From a virus: a DNA stretch of 64,000 nt. The notes under the pieces are model-generated. The model did no database searches. It saw only the letters and a program-made list of their open reading frames with translations, and had not been told where the DNA came from. Every line of letters begins with the position of its first letter. Position 1 is the stretch's first letter. The stretch covers positions 1-64,000 of IMG/VR virus record IMGVR_UViG_3300036985_004568; one strand, written 5' to 3'. The translations under genes were made by a program, and so were the position numbers. Shown here piece by piece: positions 17,362-26,827 of the stretch.

Positions 17362-17958
17362 GTGGAAAATATAATTACCCCAAAATTTCAGGAATTTAAA
17401 AAGATTCCTAGACTTAGTAGGGATATAATTATTACTGAAAAACTGGATGGGACCAATGGTGTAATTTATATTGGTGAAACTGGGGAATTTCTGGTAGGAT
17501 CAAGGTCACGATGGATTACGCCAGCAGATGATAATCATGGTTTTGCACGATGGGCCTATGAGTATAAAGATGAATTATTACAATTAGGGGTGGGCTGGCA
17601 TTATGGAGAATGGTGGGGAAGTGGTATCAATAGAGGATATGGTTTAATTAAAGGGGAAAAAAGATTTTCTCTCTTTAATTCTGGCAGATGGGTAAAGAAA
17701 ACTCCCGAAGAAATTCCACCTCTTGGGGAAAAGCAAGAATATTGTCCTGATTGTTGTCATGTGGTTCCTATATTATATCAAGGAATATTTCATACATCAA
17801 TGATTTTTAATGCCTTAGGTTATTTAGAAGAAAAGGGTAGTATAGCTGCCCCGAACTTTATGGATCCTGAAGGAATAGTTATTTATCACGTTGCTGCCAG
17901 GCAATACTTTAAAAAGACTATTAAAAATGACCAAGTTCATAAAGGAGAAGTGCAATAA
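17362..17958 (+). CDS. RNA ligase-family nucleotidyltransferase (Rnl2-like adenylation domain)
   Basis: FKKIPRL, ITEKLDGTN, GSRSRW, YGEWWG, VPILY, PEGIV. Confidence 0.8.
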   Translation: MENIITPKFQEFKKIPRLSRDIIITEKLDGTNGVIYIGETGEFLVGSRSRWITPADDNHGFARWAYEYKDELLQLGVGWHYGEWWGSGINRGYGLIKGEKRFSLFNSGRWVKKTPEEIPPLGEKQEYCPDCCHVVPILYQGIFHTSMIFNALGYLEEKGSIAAPNFMDPEGIVIYHVAARQYFKKTIKNDQVHKGEVQ

Positions 17959-18728
17959 TGCCTAAGCAGATATTGGCAGTTGACTTTAGTGAGGTGTTCT
18001 TCTCTTCTGTGTTTGGCCATCAAAGGGCCTGCCAAATGGGTATGAAGTTACCATTAGAGTTTATTGTCTTAAAGAAACTATTCTCCTATCTTAAGGCATT
18101 TCCAGGGAGAGACATTTATATTATGTGCGATGGTACTAAGACTTGGCGCAAAGAAGTATACCCTGAGTACAAGGCACAAAGAAAAGCACAAAGGGAAAAG
18201 CATGAAGACCTGGATTGGACTGATATATTTTTAAAGTATGGTCGGATGATTAGTGATATAGAAAATTACACACCCATGCTCACCTTTAGGGATGATATTT
18301 TAGAGGCAGATGACCTTGAGGCCATCCTCGCTAAAGATGGGGAAGATATAATTATATTTAGTTCGGATAAAGACCTTAACCAGCTAACTATATACCCTAA
18401 CCTAAAATTAGTATCTCCAAAAGGAAAGAAAGTAAAGGGTAAATTTGTTTTTAAAGTAATAGAGGACCCAATAAAAGAATTAGATAAATTAGTGATGAAG
18501 GGGGATGTTGCAGATAATGTACCTAGGGCTTCCTCAGAAGCACAGAGAATAATAAATAATAAAATAGTTAATCTAATAAATCTTCCCACTAACATTGAAG
18601 AGCGTTGTAGGGCTGTACTCAATCAAGCACGATGTAAAACCCCTGACTTAATTGGCTTTTGTAACCTTTATAATTGGCAATTCGTTAGAATAGAGCTTAA
18701 AAAGATTTATCCTAATCATGCACTATAG
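17958..18728 (+). CDS. 5'-3' exonuclease / flap endonuclease (T4 RNase H-like)
   Basis: AVDF, CDG..WRKEVYPEYKAQR, EADD, SSDKDLNQL, GDVADNV. Confidence 0.88.
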   Translation: MPKQILAVDFSEVFFSSVFGHQRACQMGMKLPLEFIVLKKLFSYLKAFPGRDIYIMCDGTKTWRKEVYPEYKAQRKAQREKHEDLDWTDIFLKYGRMISDIENYTPMLTFRDDILEADDLEAILAKDGEDIIIFSSDKDLNQLTIYPNLKLVSPKGKKVKGKFVFKVIEDPIKELDKLVMKGDVADNVPRASSEAQRIINNKIVNLINLPTNIEERCRAVLNQARCKTPDLIGFCNLYNWQFVRIELKKIYPNHAL

Positions 18729-18963
18729 AGCAAAGTTAAAGTTAAAGATAGGTGGATGGTACAGGACACAGAAGGGGGAGATTTATAAAATTGTGAAATG
18801 CCCCCATGAAGGATGTAGTGGAGACCACTGTTCTAACCAATTGATGGTATGTATGTATTCTCCTAAACGGATCATACGAAGTACGCTCTGTGGTAGTGGA
18901 TCAATACGGGCCGAACTTATCTATTATTGTACAGATGAAGAAATAACATTTCATTCATTATGA
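18718..18963 (+). CDS. SH3-like Cys-loop protein, C-terminal tag family
   Basis: LKIGGWY, Cys cluster; ends CTDEEITFHSL. Confidence 0.7.
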   Translation: MHYRAKLKLKIGGWYRTQKGEIYKIVKCPHEGCSGDHCSNQLMVCMYSPKRIIRSTLCGSGSIRAELIYYCTDEEITFHSL

Positions 18964-19232
18964 AGCCAAAAATATTAAAATATAAAAAAGGGGACCTCTT
19001 TAAACATATTGATCATTTTGGTAAAGTTGAGTACTTTGTTGTTAGAGAATGTCGTTCAAGGGGATTTTGTGAACTAGCAGTAGCCAAAGCTACTATAAAT
19101 AAATTAGACTGTAAAGGGTTAGGTTTATACGCACTAGATAAGAAAGATTGGATATCCAGTTGCTCTAATTCTCAGCACCACCAGGAAATGAAAAAGTTAA
19201 CTGAAGCTGAAAAAATGTTAATGGGATACTAA
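18960..19232 (+). CDS. SH3-like Cys-loop protein, C-terminal tag family
   Basis: YKKGDLF, Cys cluster; ends KKLTEAEKMLMGY. Confidence 0.7.
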   Translation: MKPKILKYKKGDLFKHIDHFGKVEYFVVRECRSRGFCELAVAKATINKLDCKGLGLYALDKKDWISSCSNSQHHQEMKKLTEAEKMLMGY

Positions 19233-19508
19233 ATGACGCAACTAAAGCAATATAAATTATCTTTTGACCAATTATGTAATGTGGCTCCGGATCATACCCT
19301 TAAAGGTTTATTAAATTATTTAGTAAGGACTAATCCAGAGGAGAGGGGGCATGGAACCACCTATAAGTATACTTGCCCTACCTGTGGGCAGTTACATCTA
19401 AGCTTAGCACATTATGCATGTAAGATTGAACTGGATATGGCTAATACTGATAAGTTATGCCCATATTGCACTAGTTTATTAATAGCTTTAAACCTGGGAG
19501 AATTCTAA
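19233..19508 (+). CDS. Zinc-finger protein
   Basis: CPTC...CPYC. Confidence 0.6.
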   Translation: MTQLKQYKLSFDQLCNVAPDHTLKGLLNYLVRTNPEERGHGTTYKYTCPTCGQLHLSLAHYACKIELDMANTDKLCPYCTSLLIALNLGEF

Positions 19509-19509
19509 T

Positions 19510-19947
19510 ATGATAAAGCGAATAGTTACTGATAGAAAGATATTAAGTGTTCCTTGTGAATTAGTACTTCCAGGAGAAGACATTACACAAATAGTGCAGG
19601 ATCTTAAAGATACCTTTGAGCCCCTAAAGTCTCGGGGGTTTGGACTTGCTGCTAACCAAATTGGATATAATAAGGCAGTAGCTTATTTTATGTTTGCTGG
19701 TAAAGAGTATATACTAATCAACCCAAAGATTATAGTTAAGGACTTACCAATAGCCTTTATGGAAGGTTGTTTTAGTTTTAGTGGAATGCAGATTAAGACT
19801 AGACGATTTAACTATATTAAACTTATCAATGGCTTAGAAGTAAAGGAAGAAGAATATAAGGGATTACTTGCTATAATAATTCAACATGAATGTGACCATT
19901 TAGTGGGTTTAACTATCCTAGATAAAAAGTGGAGATCGAGTAACTAA
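19510..19947 (+). CDS. def: Peptide deformylase
   Basis: All three motifs present: GFGLAANQIG, EGCFS, QHECDHLVG. Confidence 0.93.
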   Translation: MIKRIVTDRKILSVPCELVLPGEDITQIVQDLKDTFEPLKSRGFGLAANQIGYNKAVAYFMFAGKEYILINPKIIVKDLPIAFMEGCFSFSGMQIKTRRFNYIKLINGLEVKEEEYKGLLAIIIQHECDHLVGLTILDKKWRSSN

Positions 19948-20183
19948 TGATTATTAACCCTATAATTGGTGAGCAATATTGGTGGAAGAACAATACGCAG
20001 TTTCGTGGAAAAGTAGTCGAAGTTATAGCACTCCACCACAATATGTCTCGCGTTTCCTCTTTTAAATACTTTGTCACAGTAAGAATTATAGAGTCAAGTT
20101 ATAAAGGGGAAGTTGGCTTAACCTCTAGTACAATAAATACTTGTTTATATGATCTTGCTACTATAGTCATGGAGGCCCTATGA
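19947..20183 (+). CDS. SH3-like hypothetical protein
   Basis: PIIGEQYW; ends TIVMEAL. Confidence 0.55.
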   Translation: MIINPIIGEQYWWKNNTQFRGKVVEVIALHHNMSRVSSFKYFVTVRIIESSYKGEVGLTSSTINTCLYDLATIVMEAL

Positions 20184-20413
20184 AAAGAAGATTTATTCTA
20201 TTGATTGTACTATTTCTCCTATGCACAGTACCCGTATCAGCAGCTTGTCCTAAATTCAAACTAAATATAGTCCAATTGGATAATATGAAGGGAGTAAATT
20301 ACTCCATTAATTATCCAGTAAGCATAGACTATGATGGAGATAGTGATATGGACATTCTAATAATGTCAAAAGAAGGAACTTTATACTTTTTAGAAAACCT
20401 TAGTATTCCTTAG
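20180..20413 (+). CDS. Secreted protein with a single FG-GAP/VCBS-type repeat
   Basis: Signal peptide ending VSA; IDYDGDSDMDILIMSKEGTLYFLEN. Confidence 0.7.
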   Translation: MKRRFILLIVLFLLCTVPVSAACPKFKLNIVQLDNMKGVNYSINYPVSIDYDGDSDMDILIMSKEGTLYFLENLSIP

Positions 20414-20421
20414 GAGGGAAT

Positions 20422-20766
20422 ATGAATAATTCTCAGAAGAAGGATATGGTAACTGTATTAAAAGTCTGGTTAGTATGGACGGTACTATTTTTACTATGGC
20501 TTATATTTACGCCAAGTACCTGTAGAGCAATGGACTTTAAAGGATATATTAATAGGCCAATTACCACTACACAGACTAAGGGGGAGCTTAGGATAGAGTG
20601 GAGTGATTTCTTTGGTTGTGATCTATTCCGCCCCTACTTTGCTATAAAAGACATGGAACGTTCCTTCACAAATTTTACAGCCTTAGATATGGGGAAACTT
20701 AAGGGAAGACTAAGATTTGGGGATGGGTATAAAACAGTAGAGTATAAATTTAAATATGAATTCTAA
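20422..20766 (+). CDS. Exported protein, putative small outer-membrane beta protein
   Basis: Signal/transmembrane N-terminus ending CRA; C-terminus VEYKFKYEF resembles a beta-signal. Confidence 0.5.
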   Translation: MNNSQKKDMVTVLKVWLVWTVLFLLWLIFTPSTCRAMDFKGYINRPITTTQTKGELRIEWSDFFGCDLFRPYFAIKDMERSFTNFTALDMGKLKGRLRFGDGYKTVEYKFKYEF

Positions 20767-21925
20767 TAGCAAAATGAACCCTAAAGTTAAATTAGTTTTT
20801 GGACTATCCATATTGACTTATTTTCAACAGGGAGTTGAGGGACTTCCTGCGCAAGGTCTATTCGTGTTCATGAAGACTAAGCTTGGCATGACTCCCCAGG
20901 CTATTATGTGGTTTGGCACATTTATTGGAATAGCATGGCTTATAAAGCCCGTTTTGGGGGCAATTATTGACAGGTTCTTTGGCAAAAAATGGTGGTATTT
21001 TGGGGCTGTTTTGCTAAGTATGGTAACTTGTGCCTTCTTAGCTAAATTAAGCCTACCTATCATCTTCCTAGGATGTTTACTGGCCCTTTTAAGCACTGCT
21101 GCCAGTATCCGGGATATATCTGTAGATGGAATTGCAGTATGTGCTGGTAAAGCTAATGGTATCTGTGACAAACTACAATCTGTACAGTGGATCGCGGTTA
21201 CAGTAGGTAGTCTCTTGGTAGGTATAGGGGGAGGTTATATTGCACAATATTTACCCTATCAAGTAGGATTTATGATATTGATTCCAATATATGCTTTAGC
21301 TGGTTGCCTAATTTTAAAATATAAACCTGAAGCGGAGCAAACCAAAGTAACTTTTGGATCAGTATTGGTGTTATTTAAAGATAAACGGTTTATTCTAACG
21401 TGCTTATTTATCTTTCTATATAAATATAGCCCTTCATTTGGTACTCCCTTGGGATTTATTATTCGGGATAAGTTTAAGTGGTCAGAAATATTTATTGGAT
21501 TTCTTGGAACAATAACTGCAGTGATGAGTATCATTGGAGCCTTAATATATTATAGAATTTCTAAAAAGATAGACCCCAAGAAATGGATTACTATTTCCAT
21601 CTGGTTAGGGGCAATTACTACATTACTGTACCTTTACTATACTCGTTATACTGCAGTAGGTTATGATGTAGTATTTAGTTTAACTGGAATGTTTTTTCAT
21701 CTAATAATTATGTCTTGGATGGCGGAGAATTCAGTAACTGGACTAGAAACTACATCGTTTGCAACCCTTTGTGCCATTAGTAATTTAGCAGGAACGGCTG
21801 GAAGTGCATCGGGAGCATGGTTACTTCCAATTATAGGACTACCCGGATTAATTATTCTATCAGCAGCTACGTCATTTTTATGCTTACCTTTAGCACCGAT
21901 TATATTTAGAAAGAATAATGAATAA
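20756..21925 (+). CDS. MFS transporter, BT1 folate/biopterin-like
   Basis: About 12 hydrophobic segments; AWLIKPVLGAIIDRF, DISVDG, LQSVQW, GLETTSFATL. Confidence 0.75.
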   Translation: MNSNSKMNPKVKLVFGLSILTYFQQGVEGLPAQGLFVFMKTKLGMTPQAIMWFGTFIGIAWLIKPVLGAIIDRFFGKKWWYFGAVLLSMVTCAFLAKLSLPIIFLGCLLALLSTAASIRDISVDGIAVCAGKANGICDKLQSVQWIAVTVGSLLVGIGGGYIAQYLPYQVGFMILIPIYALAGCLILKYKPEAEQTKVTFGSVLVLFKDKRFILTCLFIFLYKYSPSFGTPLGFIIRDKFKWSEIFIGFLGTITAVMSIIGALIYYRISKKIDPKKWITISIWLGAITTLLYLYYTRYTAVGYDVVFSLTGMFFHLIIMSWMAENSVTGLETTSFATLCAISNLAGTAGSASGAWLLPIIGLPGLIILSAATSFLCLPLAPIIFRKNNE

Positions 21926-22119
21926 ATTTGTTATTGGGGATTTTGTTTCATCCTGTCCCCATAATACTCGTTCTAATTTTATGCCTGGGGTTGGGGAGGT
22001 AATAGCGATATTCAAATTAGATAAGACCCCTACTCTTTACGTTTGTGAACACAATACTAACTACTTCTTATATGAGGAAGACCAAATATATCTTTATGAT
22101 CCATATTAGGGGGGGTATA

Positions 22120-22686
22120 ATGAAAATCTGGTTTACAGCGGACTGCCACTTCTTCCATTATAATATTATAAAGTACTGTAAGCGTCCTTTTAACTCTATG
22201 GACGAGATGAACTTAGTGATGATAAAGAATTGGAACTCTAGGGTAAAAAAAGAAGATACTATATTCATAGTGGGTGACTTTATATTCACAAATAGTCCTG
22301 GTGGTAAGCCCGGGGAAGGGGCTCCTATTAATGTACCTACTTTTATGTCCTTACTCAATGGTAATAAAATATTTATAGAGGGCAATCATGATAAAAATAA
22401 TCACACTAATAGCCATATTCAGAAATTAGTTCTAGACTATGGTGGACGAAAGTTAAATTTAGTGCACAATCCTGACCATGCGGATTATAGATATGATATT
22501 AATTTAACTGGGCATGTGCATGAAAAATGGGAAATAAATAGGTATAGGAACGGAGAGTTATTTACTGATTGTATAAATGTTGGTATGGATGTATGGAATT
22601 TCCTGCCAGTAAATTGGGAAGAACTTAATAGTCGATACGCAAAATGGTTGAAATTAAATGGAACATGCACAAGATTTGGTATATAA
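22120..22686 (+). CDS. Calcineurin-like metallophosphoesterase
   Basis: ADCHF, GDF, GNHD, GHVH, INVGMD. Confidence 0.88.
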   Translation: MKIWFTADCHFFHYNIIKYCKRPFNSMDEMNLVMIKNWNSRVKKEDTIFIVGDFIFTNSPGGKPGEGAPINVPTFMSLLNGNKIFIEGNHDKNNHTNSHIQKLVLDYGGRKLNLVHNPDHADYRYDINLTGHVHEKWEINRYRNGELFTDCINVGMDVWNFLPVNWEELNSRYAKWLKLNGTCTRFGI

Positions 22687-22692
22687 TATATA
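22678..22692 (+). promoter_or_regulatory. Promoter, class 3 motif
   Basis: GGTATATAATATATA followed by GTAGGAGG and ATG 22706. Confidence 0.8.
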
Positions 22693-22705
22693 GTAGGAGG
22701 CGTAC

Positions 22706-22879
22706 ATGAGTGAATTCAAGTACAAAAATGGAGCAAAGTTAGTATTTGGCCTATTTATTTTATCATTATTAATTATTATTGGCTGTGGTACGCTCAGTCA
22801 GTATGATATTGATAGTGCTAAAAAGAGGATTGATAGAGATAAACAGCCCCAAGCACCCTTTAGCATACCTAAAGAATAA
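22706..22879 (+). CDS. Small lipoprotein (not in ORF track)
   Basis: MSEFKYKNGAKLVFGLFILSLLIIIGC lipobox; AGGAGG RBS. Confidence 0.6.
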   Translation: MSEFKYKNGAKLVFGLFILSLLIIIGCGTLSQYDIDSAKKRIDRDKQPQAPFSIPKE

Positions 22880-23137
22880 ATGACCATACCCATAATAGCA
22901 CTATATGGACTCATCGGTTTTAGTTATGGTATATGCAAATTCTTTACTAGTCCAAATGTGCAATACACTCTGTGTGATGCTCTCTTCAGTGTATTATTTG
23001 GGGGAGTAATAGTTTTAGTTGGCTTACTAGTTTTTATTATAGAAGTACTAATAAATTTATTTATTTGGTTAAATAGGTTAGTAATAGTTGAAAAGGATAA
23101 TAAAGCAGCTATTATAAAGTGCTCAAAAAGGAAATAA
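22880..23137 (+). CDS. Membrane protein
   Basis: Two hydrophobic helices. Confidence 0.55.
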   Translation: MTIPIIALYGLIGFSYGICKFFTSPNVQYTLCDALFSVLFGGVIVLVGLLVFIIEVLINLFIWLNRLVIVEKDNKAAIIKCSKRK

Positions 23138-23138
23138 T

Positions 23139-23366
23139 ATGGGACAACGCTCTGATTGTTGTATGGCTAAAGTGAACATTGTTGGAGATACAGATCCACA
23201 TTATGTTTGTCGTAAATGTAAACAGTCCTGTCACATTATTATGAAAGTACGTAAAGACTGGGGACTTAATCCTAGTACTCAGGTACTACCTACGAAGAAA
23301 AGAAATAAAAGATTTAGATTAACCCCCAAAGAAGAACGAGAAATTAGGCGAGATCTATTCTATTAG
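23139..23366 (+). CDS. Small zinc-binding basic protein
   Basis: SDCC...YVCRKCKQSC. Confidence 0.6.
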   Translation: MGQRSDCCMAKVNIVGDTDPHYVCRKCKQSCHIIMKVRKDWGLNPSTQVLPTKKRNKRFRLTPKEEREIRRDLFY

Positions 23367-23374
23367 GAGGTACT

Positions 23375-24076
23375 ATGAATGAATTAATGGTAGCAGTCAT
23401 TGGAGTAGTGAGTGCAGTCCTTGGGGCCCTCCTATTCCCTATAATTAAAGGATTTATTATGTCCGCTGGAACGAAGGTAATAAAGGAAAAGTTGGGGGTA
23501 GAGGTGAAGAATACCTATACTGGTAGTACACTATTGGCTAAAGTTAAGTATGACCTTCAGCCAATTAAGTTCCTAACTACCTCAATCCGGACCTTGGCAT
23601 TAGCTGCAGCAATAGCAGGAGCAGTATACGGGATTGGATTTTGGAGAGGGCAGGTAAATAAACCAGTCCACTTTAATCTTCAGGGTAAAGAGGCCACTAT
23701 TAAATTAAATGAGCATTTTCTTAAGATACTTTCTGATGGCACTGCACAGGTAATAGATAAACAAGGTAAGGTTTTAAAAGTTATACGTCCTAAGGATATT
23801 CCTGAATTAGAGAGAGAATTAAGGCCAATGGGATTTGAGTTTAAGCCAATAATGGTAATGGGGTTAGGGGTTGGGACGCTAGTAAAGTATGAGGCGGGAC
23901 TTGGGGTATCAGTATTTAAGTTTAATAAGTTTTCCCTTAATGCATTTATAACTAATGGCGGTGCCTATGTAGGCCCAAGTTATAAATTAACGCCAAATTT
24001 TGATGCTTTAGTTGGCGTAGGTAAGGACTATCAAATGGGTACCCGTGTATTTGCCGGGGGAAGGTGGAAATTTTAA
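23375..24076 (+). CDS. Membrane protein with beta-barrel-like C-terminal domain
   Basis: Two N-terminal hydrophobic segments; Gly-rich alternating strands ending VFAGGRWKF. Confidence 0.6.
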   Translation: MNELMVAVIGVVSAVLGALLFPIIKGFIMSAGTKVIKEKLGVEVKNTYTGSTLLAKVKYDLQPIKFLTTSIRTLALAAAIAGAVYGIGFWRGQVNKPVHFNLQGKEATIKLNEHFLKILSDGTAQVIDKQGKVLKVIRPKDIPELERELRPMGFEFKPIMVMGLGVGTLVKYEAGLGVSVFKFNKFSLNAFITNGGAYVGPSYKLTPNFDALVGVGKDYQMGTRVFAGGRWKF

Positions 24077-24249
24077 TGCGCCCTAATTATGTTGATATTA
24101 TTACAAAAGGTTTAGTTTTACAGGGGTACATAGAAAAAGGCGGAAGTGACGTGTTTAGATTATTAATAAATCCCACTACTGGGCAACATATAAAAGTATT
24201 TTATACAGATTACGAGTTGAAGGAAGAAGTCATGGTGAGGGAGAGCTAA

Positions 24250-24837
24250 ATGGAACTTTCAATGGTAGTTACAGGAATAAAGACCATACCTTCCACTACC
24301 ACAATTGAGGAATGCATGTTGCTGTACTCATATGTTAAACAACTTCCATTAAATGCTATTATTGTGGAATTAGGCACTGGTTTAGGAAGATCAACGGCAG
24401 CTATGGCGTATGCCTGTAATGGCACAGGGCGTAAAATTTATACAATAGATAATTATTGTCAAGGTAAAAAGTTTACCCAGGAAGTGGCTGGAGAGTGGTC
24501 AGCTAGTAAAGCTAAGGAGAATCTAAGAAGACTTCACCTAGAGCAGTATATTACATTCTTAAACTATGAAACTACGGATACACAAGTCCTACATTTTATA
24601 CCTACCCCATTTGACTTTATCTTTATAGACGCGGGCCATTCCTACCAAGGAGTTATTGAGGATATCCTTCTCTGGAAACAGTATCTTAGGCCAAATGGTA
24701 TTATGTGTGGGCACGATTGGAGTTTTGCATATCCAGAAGGAATTATGGTTATTAAAGCAGTCTCCTCTACTATATTAGACCCAAGACATCCCTTTGAAGT
24801 GCAGCATAGGATTTGGAAGTTAGCGAGGTATTGGTAA
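24250..24837 (+). CDS. Class I SAM methyltransferase (Methyltransf_24-like)
   Basis: VELGTGLGRST, YTIDNY, DFIFIDAGHSY, LRPNGIMCGHDW. Confidence 0.88.
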   Translation: MELSMVVTGIKTIPSTTTIEECMLLYSYVKQLPLNAIIVELGTGLGRSTAAMAYACNGTGRKIYTIDNYCQGKKFTQEVAGEWSASKAKENLRRLHLEQYITFLNYETTDTQVLHFIPTPFDFIFIDAGHSYQGVIEDILLWKQYLRPNGIMCGHDWSFAYPEGIMVIKAVSSTILDPRHPFEVQHRIWKLARYW

Positions 24838-25826
24838 TGGCAATTTACGCTTTCGGCGCGTTTGGAACAAATAACATAGGGGATGAGGCTATTTTTAATG
24901 GGCTCAGTGAAGAATACCCTGGTGCAATTCAGATGTATGTTAATAAAGTACCTAAGTGGGGGGCAGGAACCACACCTGCAGTATGGTACGCTGATTTTCT
25001 TACTGGAGTAAAGCATTTTGTAAAGGAGGATACATTAATTATAGGAGGAGGGGGATTATTACATAGTATGCAGGCAATAAATGATTATTATACTATGGCC
25101 CAATTGGTATTTGATGTGGGAGGTAAGGTTATTATAGAGGGGCTAGGGGCAGAAGGATTACAAACAGAATACAAACCTATTGTAAAAAACCTACTTTCTC
25201 TTGCAACACACATTTCTGTACGCACTACTACTTCTAGAGAATTATTACAGCCCCTAACAACTAAGAAGGTGGATGTTAGGGCCGATTTTGCTTATTCGAT
25301 GAAGTGGAAGCGGGCTCAATTAGGGCCCTTATTTAGAGCAAAATACATCGGTATAGTAGTAGGAGGGACCACTAATTTGCACGAATATGATGAGTTATGT
25401 GAGTTAATAAAGAAGTACTCAGTTGGTGCAACTCATTTTAATTTTTTAATTTTACCCCATTCTATATCCTATACCAACCCAATGAACAATGACCGATTAG
25501 TGGCTCAATATATTTGGTCTAATTGCGATATATACCATTCATATAGGGAAGATAGAATCAACATATTAGAATATTTACCTAGTTGCCCAGAAGATATGGT
25601 TAGTCTATATAGTGAATTGATGTATGGGGTAATTGGATGGAGATACCATTCCTTAATATTTAGTGAACTGGCTAATAAGCCAATCCTTCTAGCTGCACCT
25701 ACATTTAAGAATATGGCCTATGTTAAAGATGTTAAAAGATCCAACTTAATTGTGAAGCAAAATAACGAGACCCTCGAGCAGGCTTTTCTAAATCTTATAC
25801 CTTTACTGGCAGTTGAGCAGTTTTAG
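24837..25826 (+). CDS. Polysaccharide pyruvyl transferase family protein
   Basis: GAFGTNNIGDEAI, IIGGGGLL, ISVR, ADFA, GWRYHSLIFS. Confidence 0.85.
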   Translation: MAIYAFGAFGTNNIGDEAIFNGLSEEYPGAIQMYVNKVPKWGAGTTPAVWYADFLTGVKHFVKEDTLIIGGGGLLHSMQAINDYYTMAQLVFDVGGKVIIEGLGAEGLQTEYKPIVKNLLSLATHISVRTTTSRELLQPLTTKKVDVRADFAYSMKWKRAQLGPLFRAKYIGIVVGGTTNLHEYDELCELIKKYSVGATHFNFLILPHSISYTNPMNNDRLVAQYIWSNCDIYHSYREDRINILEYLPSCPEDMVSLYSELMYGVIGWRYHSLIFSELANKPILLAAPTFKNMAYVKDVKRSNLIVKQNNETLEQAFLNLIPLLAVEQF

Positions 25827-25840
25827 GTATATAATATATA
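25826..25840 (+). promoter_or_regulatory. Promoter, class 3 motif
   Basis: GGTATATAATATATA upstream of 25885. Confidence 0.8.
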
Positions 25841-25884
25841 GTAAGTACTACTATTTTTAACAAACAACTAACTAGGAGGTTAAG

Positions 25885-26343
25885 ATGGCAGAAGGAATTC
25901 TTCAGGAGTTAAGTGGGGAATTAGTGCGCGTTGATTCCAAATGGTATAAAGTATTACAACCACAATATGTTCCAAAAGAAATGGGAATTAAGATTTCATT
26001 TAGTACAGAGGATTCTGATCCCGGAACTATTAAGTTTATAAAGGCGTTTGTGGCAGGAGAATCAAAACCCGCAAGTAAAACCTATTCAAAACCATATGTT
26101 AAAAAGGCATATGGTGCCCCAGTTGCAGAAAAAGCCCCCTCTACATCCCCTACATCGGCTCCTACAAAACAAACCGGATATGGTAGTGCCGAAGATGTAA
26201 AGGGTAAAGAAGTTGGCTGTGCTATAGGAGCTGCAGCTGAAATATTATCTGGTAGTCAAGAGGCCACTTCTGTTATTTTAGTTAAGATGAAACAGTTGGT
26301 TGAGGGGATCTTAGCTATATCAAAGGAATTTAAGGCAAAATAA
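25885..26343 (+). CDS. Hypothetical protein (beta N-domain, low-complexity linker, helical C-domain)
   Basis: Strong AGGAGG RBS; possibly nucleic-acid binding, unverified. Confidence 0.6.
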   Translation: MAEGILQELSGELVRVDSKWYKVLQPQYVPKEMGIKISFSTEDSDPGTIKFIKAFVAGESKPASKTYSKPYVKKAYGAPVAEKAPSTSPTSAPTKQTGYGSAEDVKGKEVGCAIGAAAEILSGSQEATSVILVKMKQLVEGILAISKEFKAK

Positions 26344-26344
26344 A

Positions 26345-26593
26345 ATGGAAAAGCAGATAACTATAAAAGTCTGTGATAGATGTACTTGCAAGACTCCCAA
26401 GCGGGCATCCGTGCAGTGTATTATCTGCAAACGTGATGTCTGCTCGGAACATAGGAGTTACAATGATTTCTTCCAGGAGCTATGTAGTGAATGTAGTAAT
26501 GCAATAGAAGGGCTTAAACCAGCACAGAGGGCGCATTTACAGCGGCAAATGGCGGATATATTAGCCCCAATTGTAGTTGTACAAAAATTATAA
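26345..26593 (+). CDS. Zinc-finger protein
   Basis: CDRC, CIIC..CSEH, CSEC; ends IVVVQKL. Confidence 0.65.
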   Translation: MEKQITIKVCDRCTCKTPKRASVQCIICKRDVCSEHRSYNDFFQELCSECSNAIEGLKPAQRAHLQRQMADILAPIVVVQKL

Positions 26594-26601
26594 AATACTT
26601 T

Positions 26602-26632
26602 GTTGATTATTTTAGAATATATGTTATACTTG
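26602..26632 (+). promoter_or_regulatory. Promoter, class 2 (copy 2)
   Basis: GTTGATTATTTTAGAATATATGTTATACTTG, near-identical to 8754..8784. Confidence 0.75.
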
Positions 26633-26827
26633 TCTAGGAAAGGGAAACTAGCATGAGACTATTGGGTAGGACTGCCACAGATGTTATTAAGCGGGGGCTA
26701 CTTGAGGGAAAGAACTCAATTCAACTATTCCTCATGGTTAAAGATGAATTTCCCCGTTATTCTGACAAGGCGTTGAGAAAACTCATATCAGTCCATAAAG
26801 CTAGGTTCTTAAAAAAATAGGAGCAAT

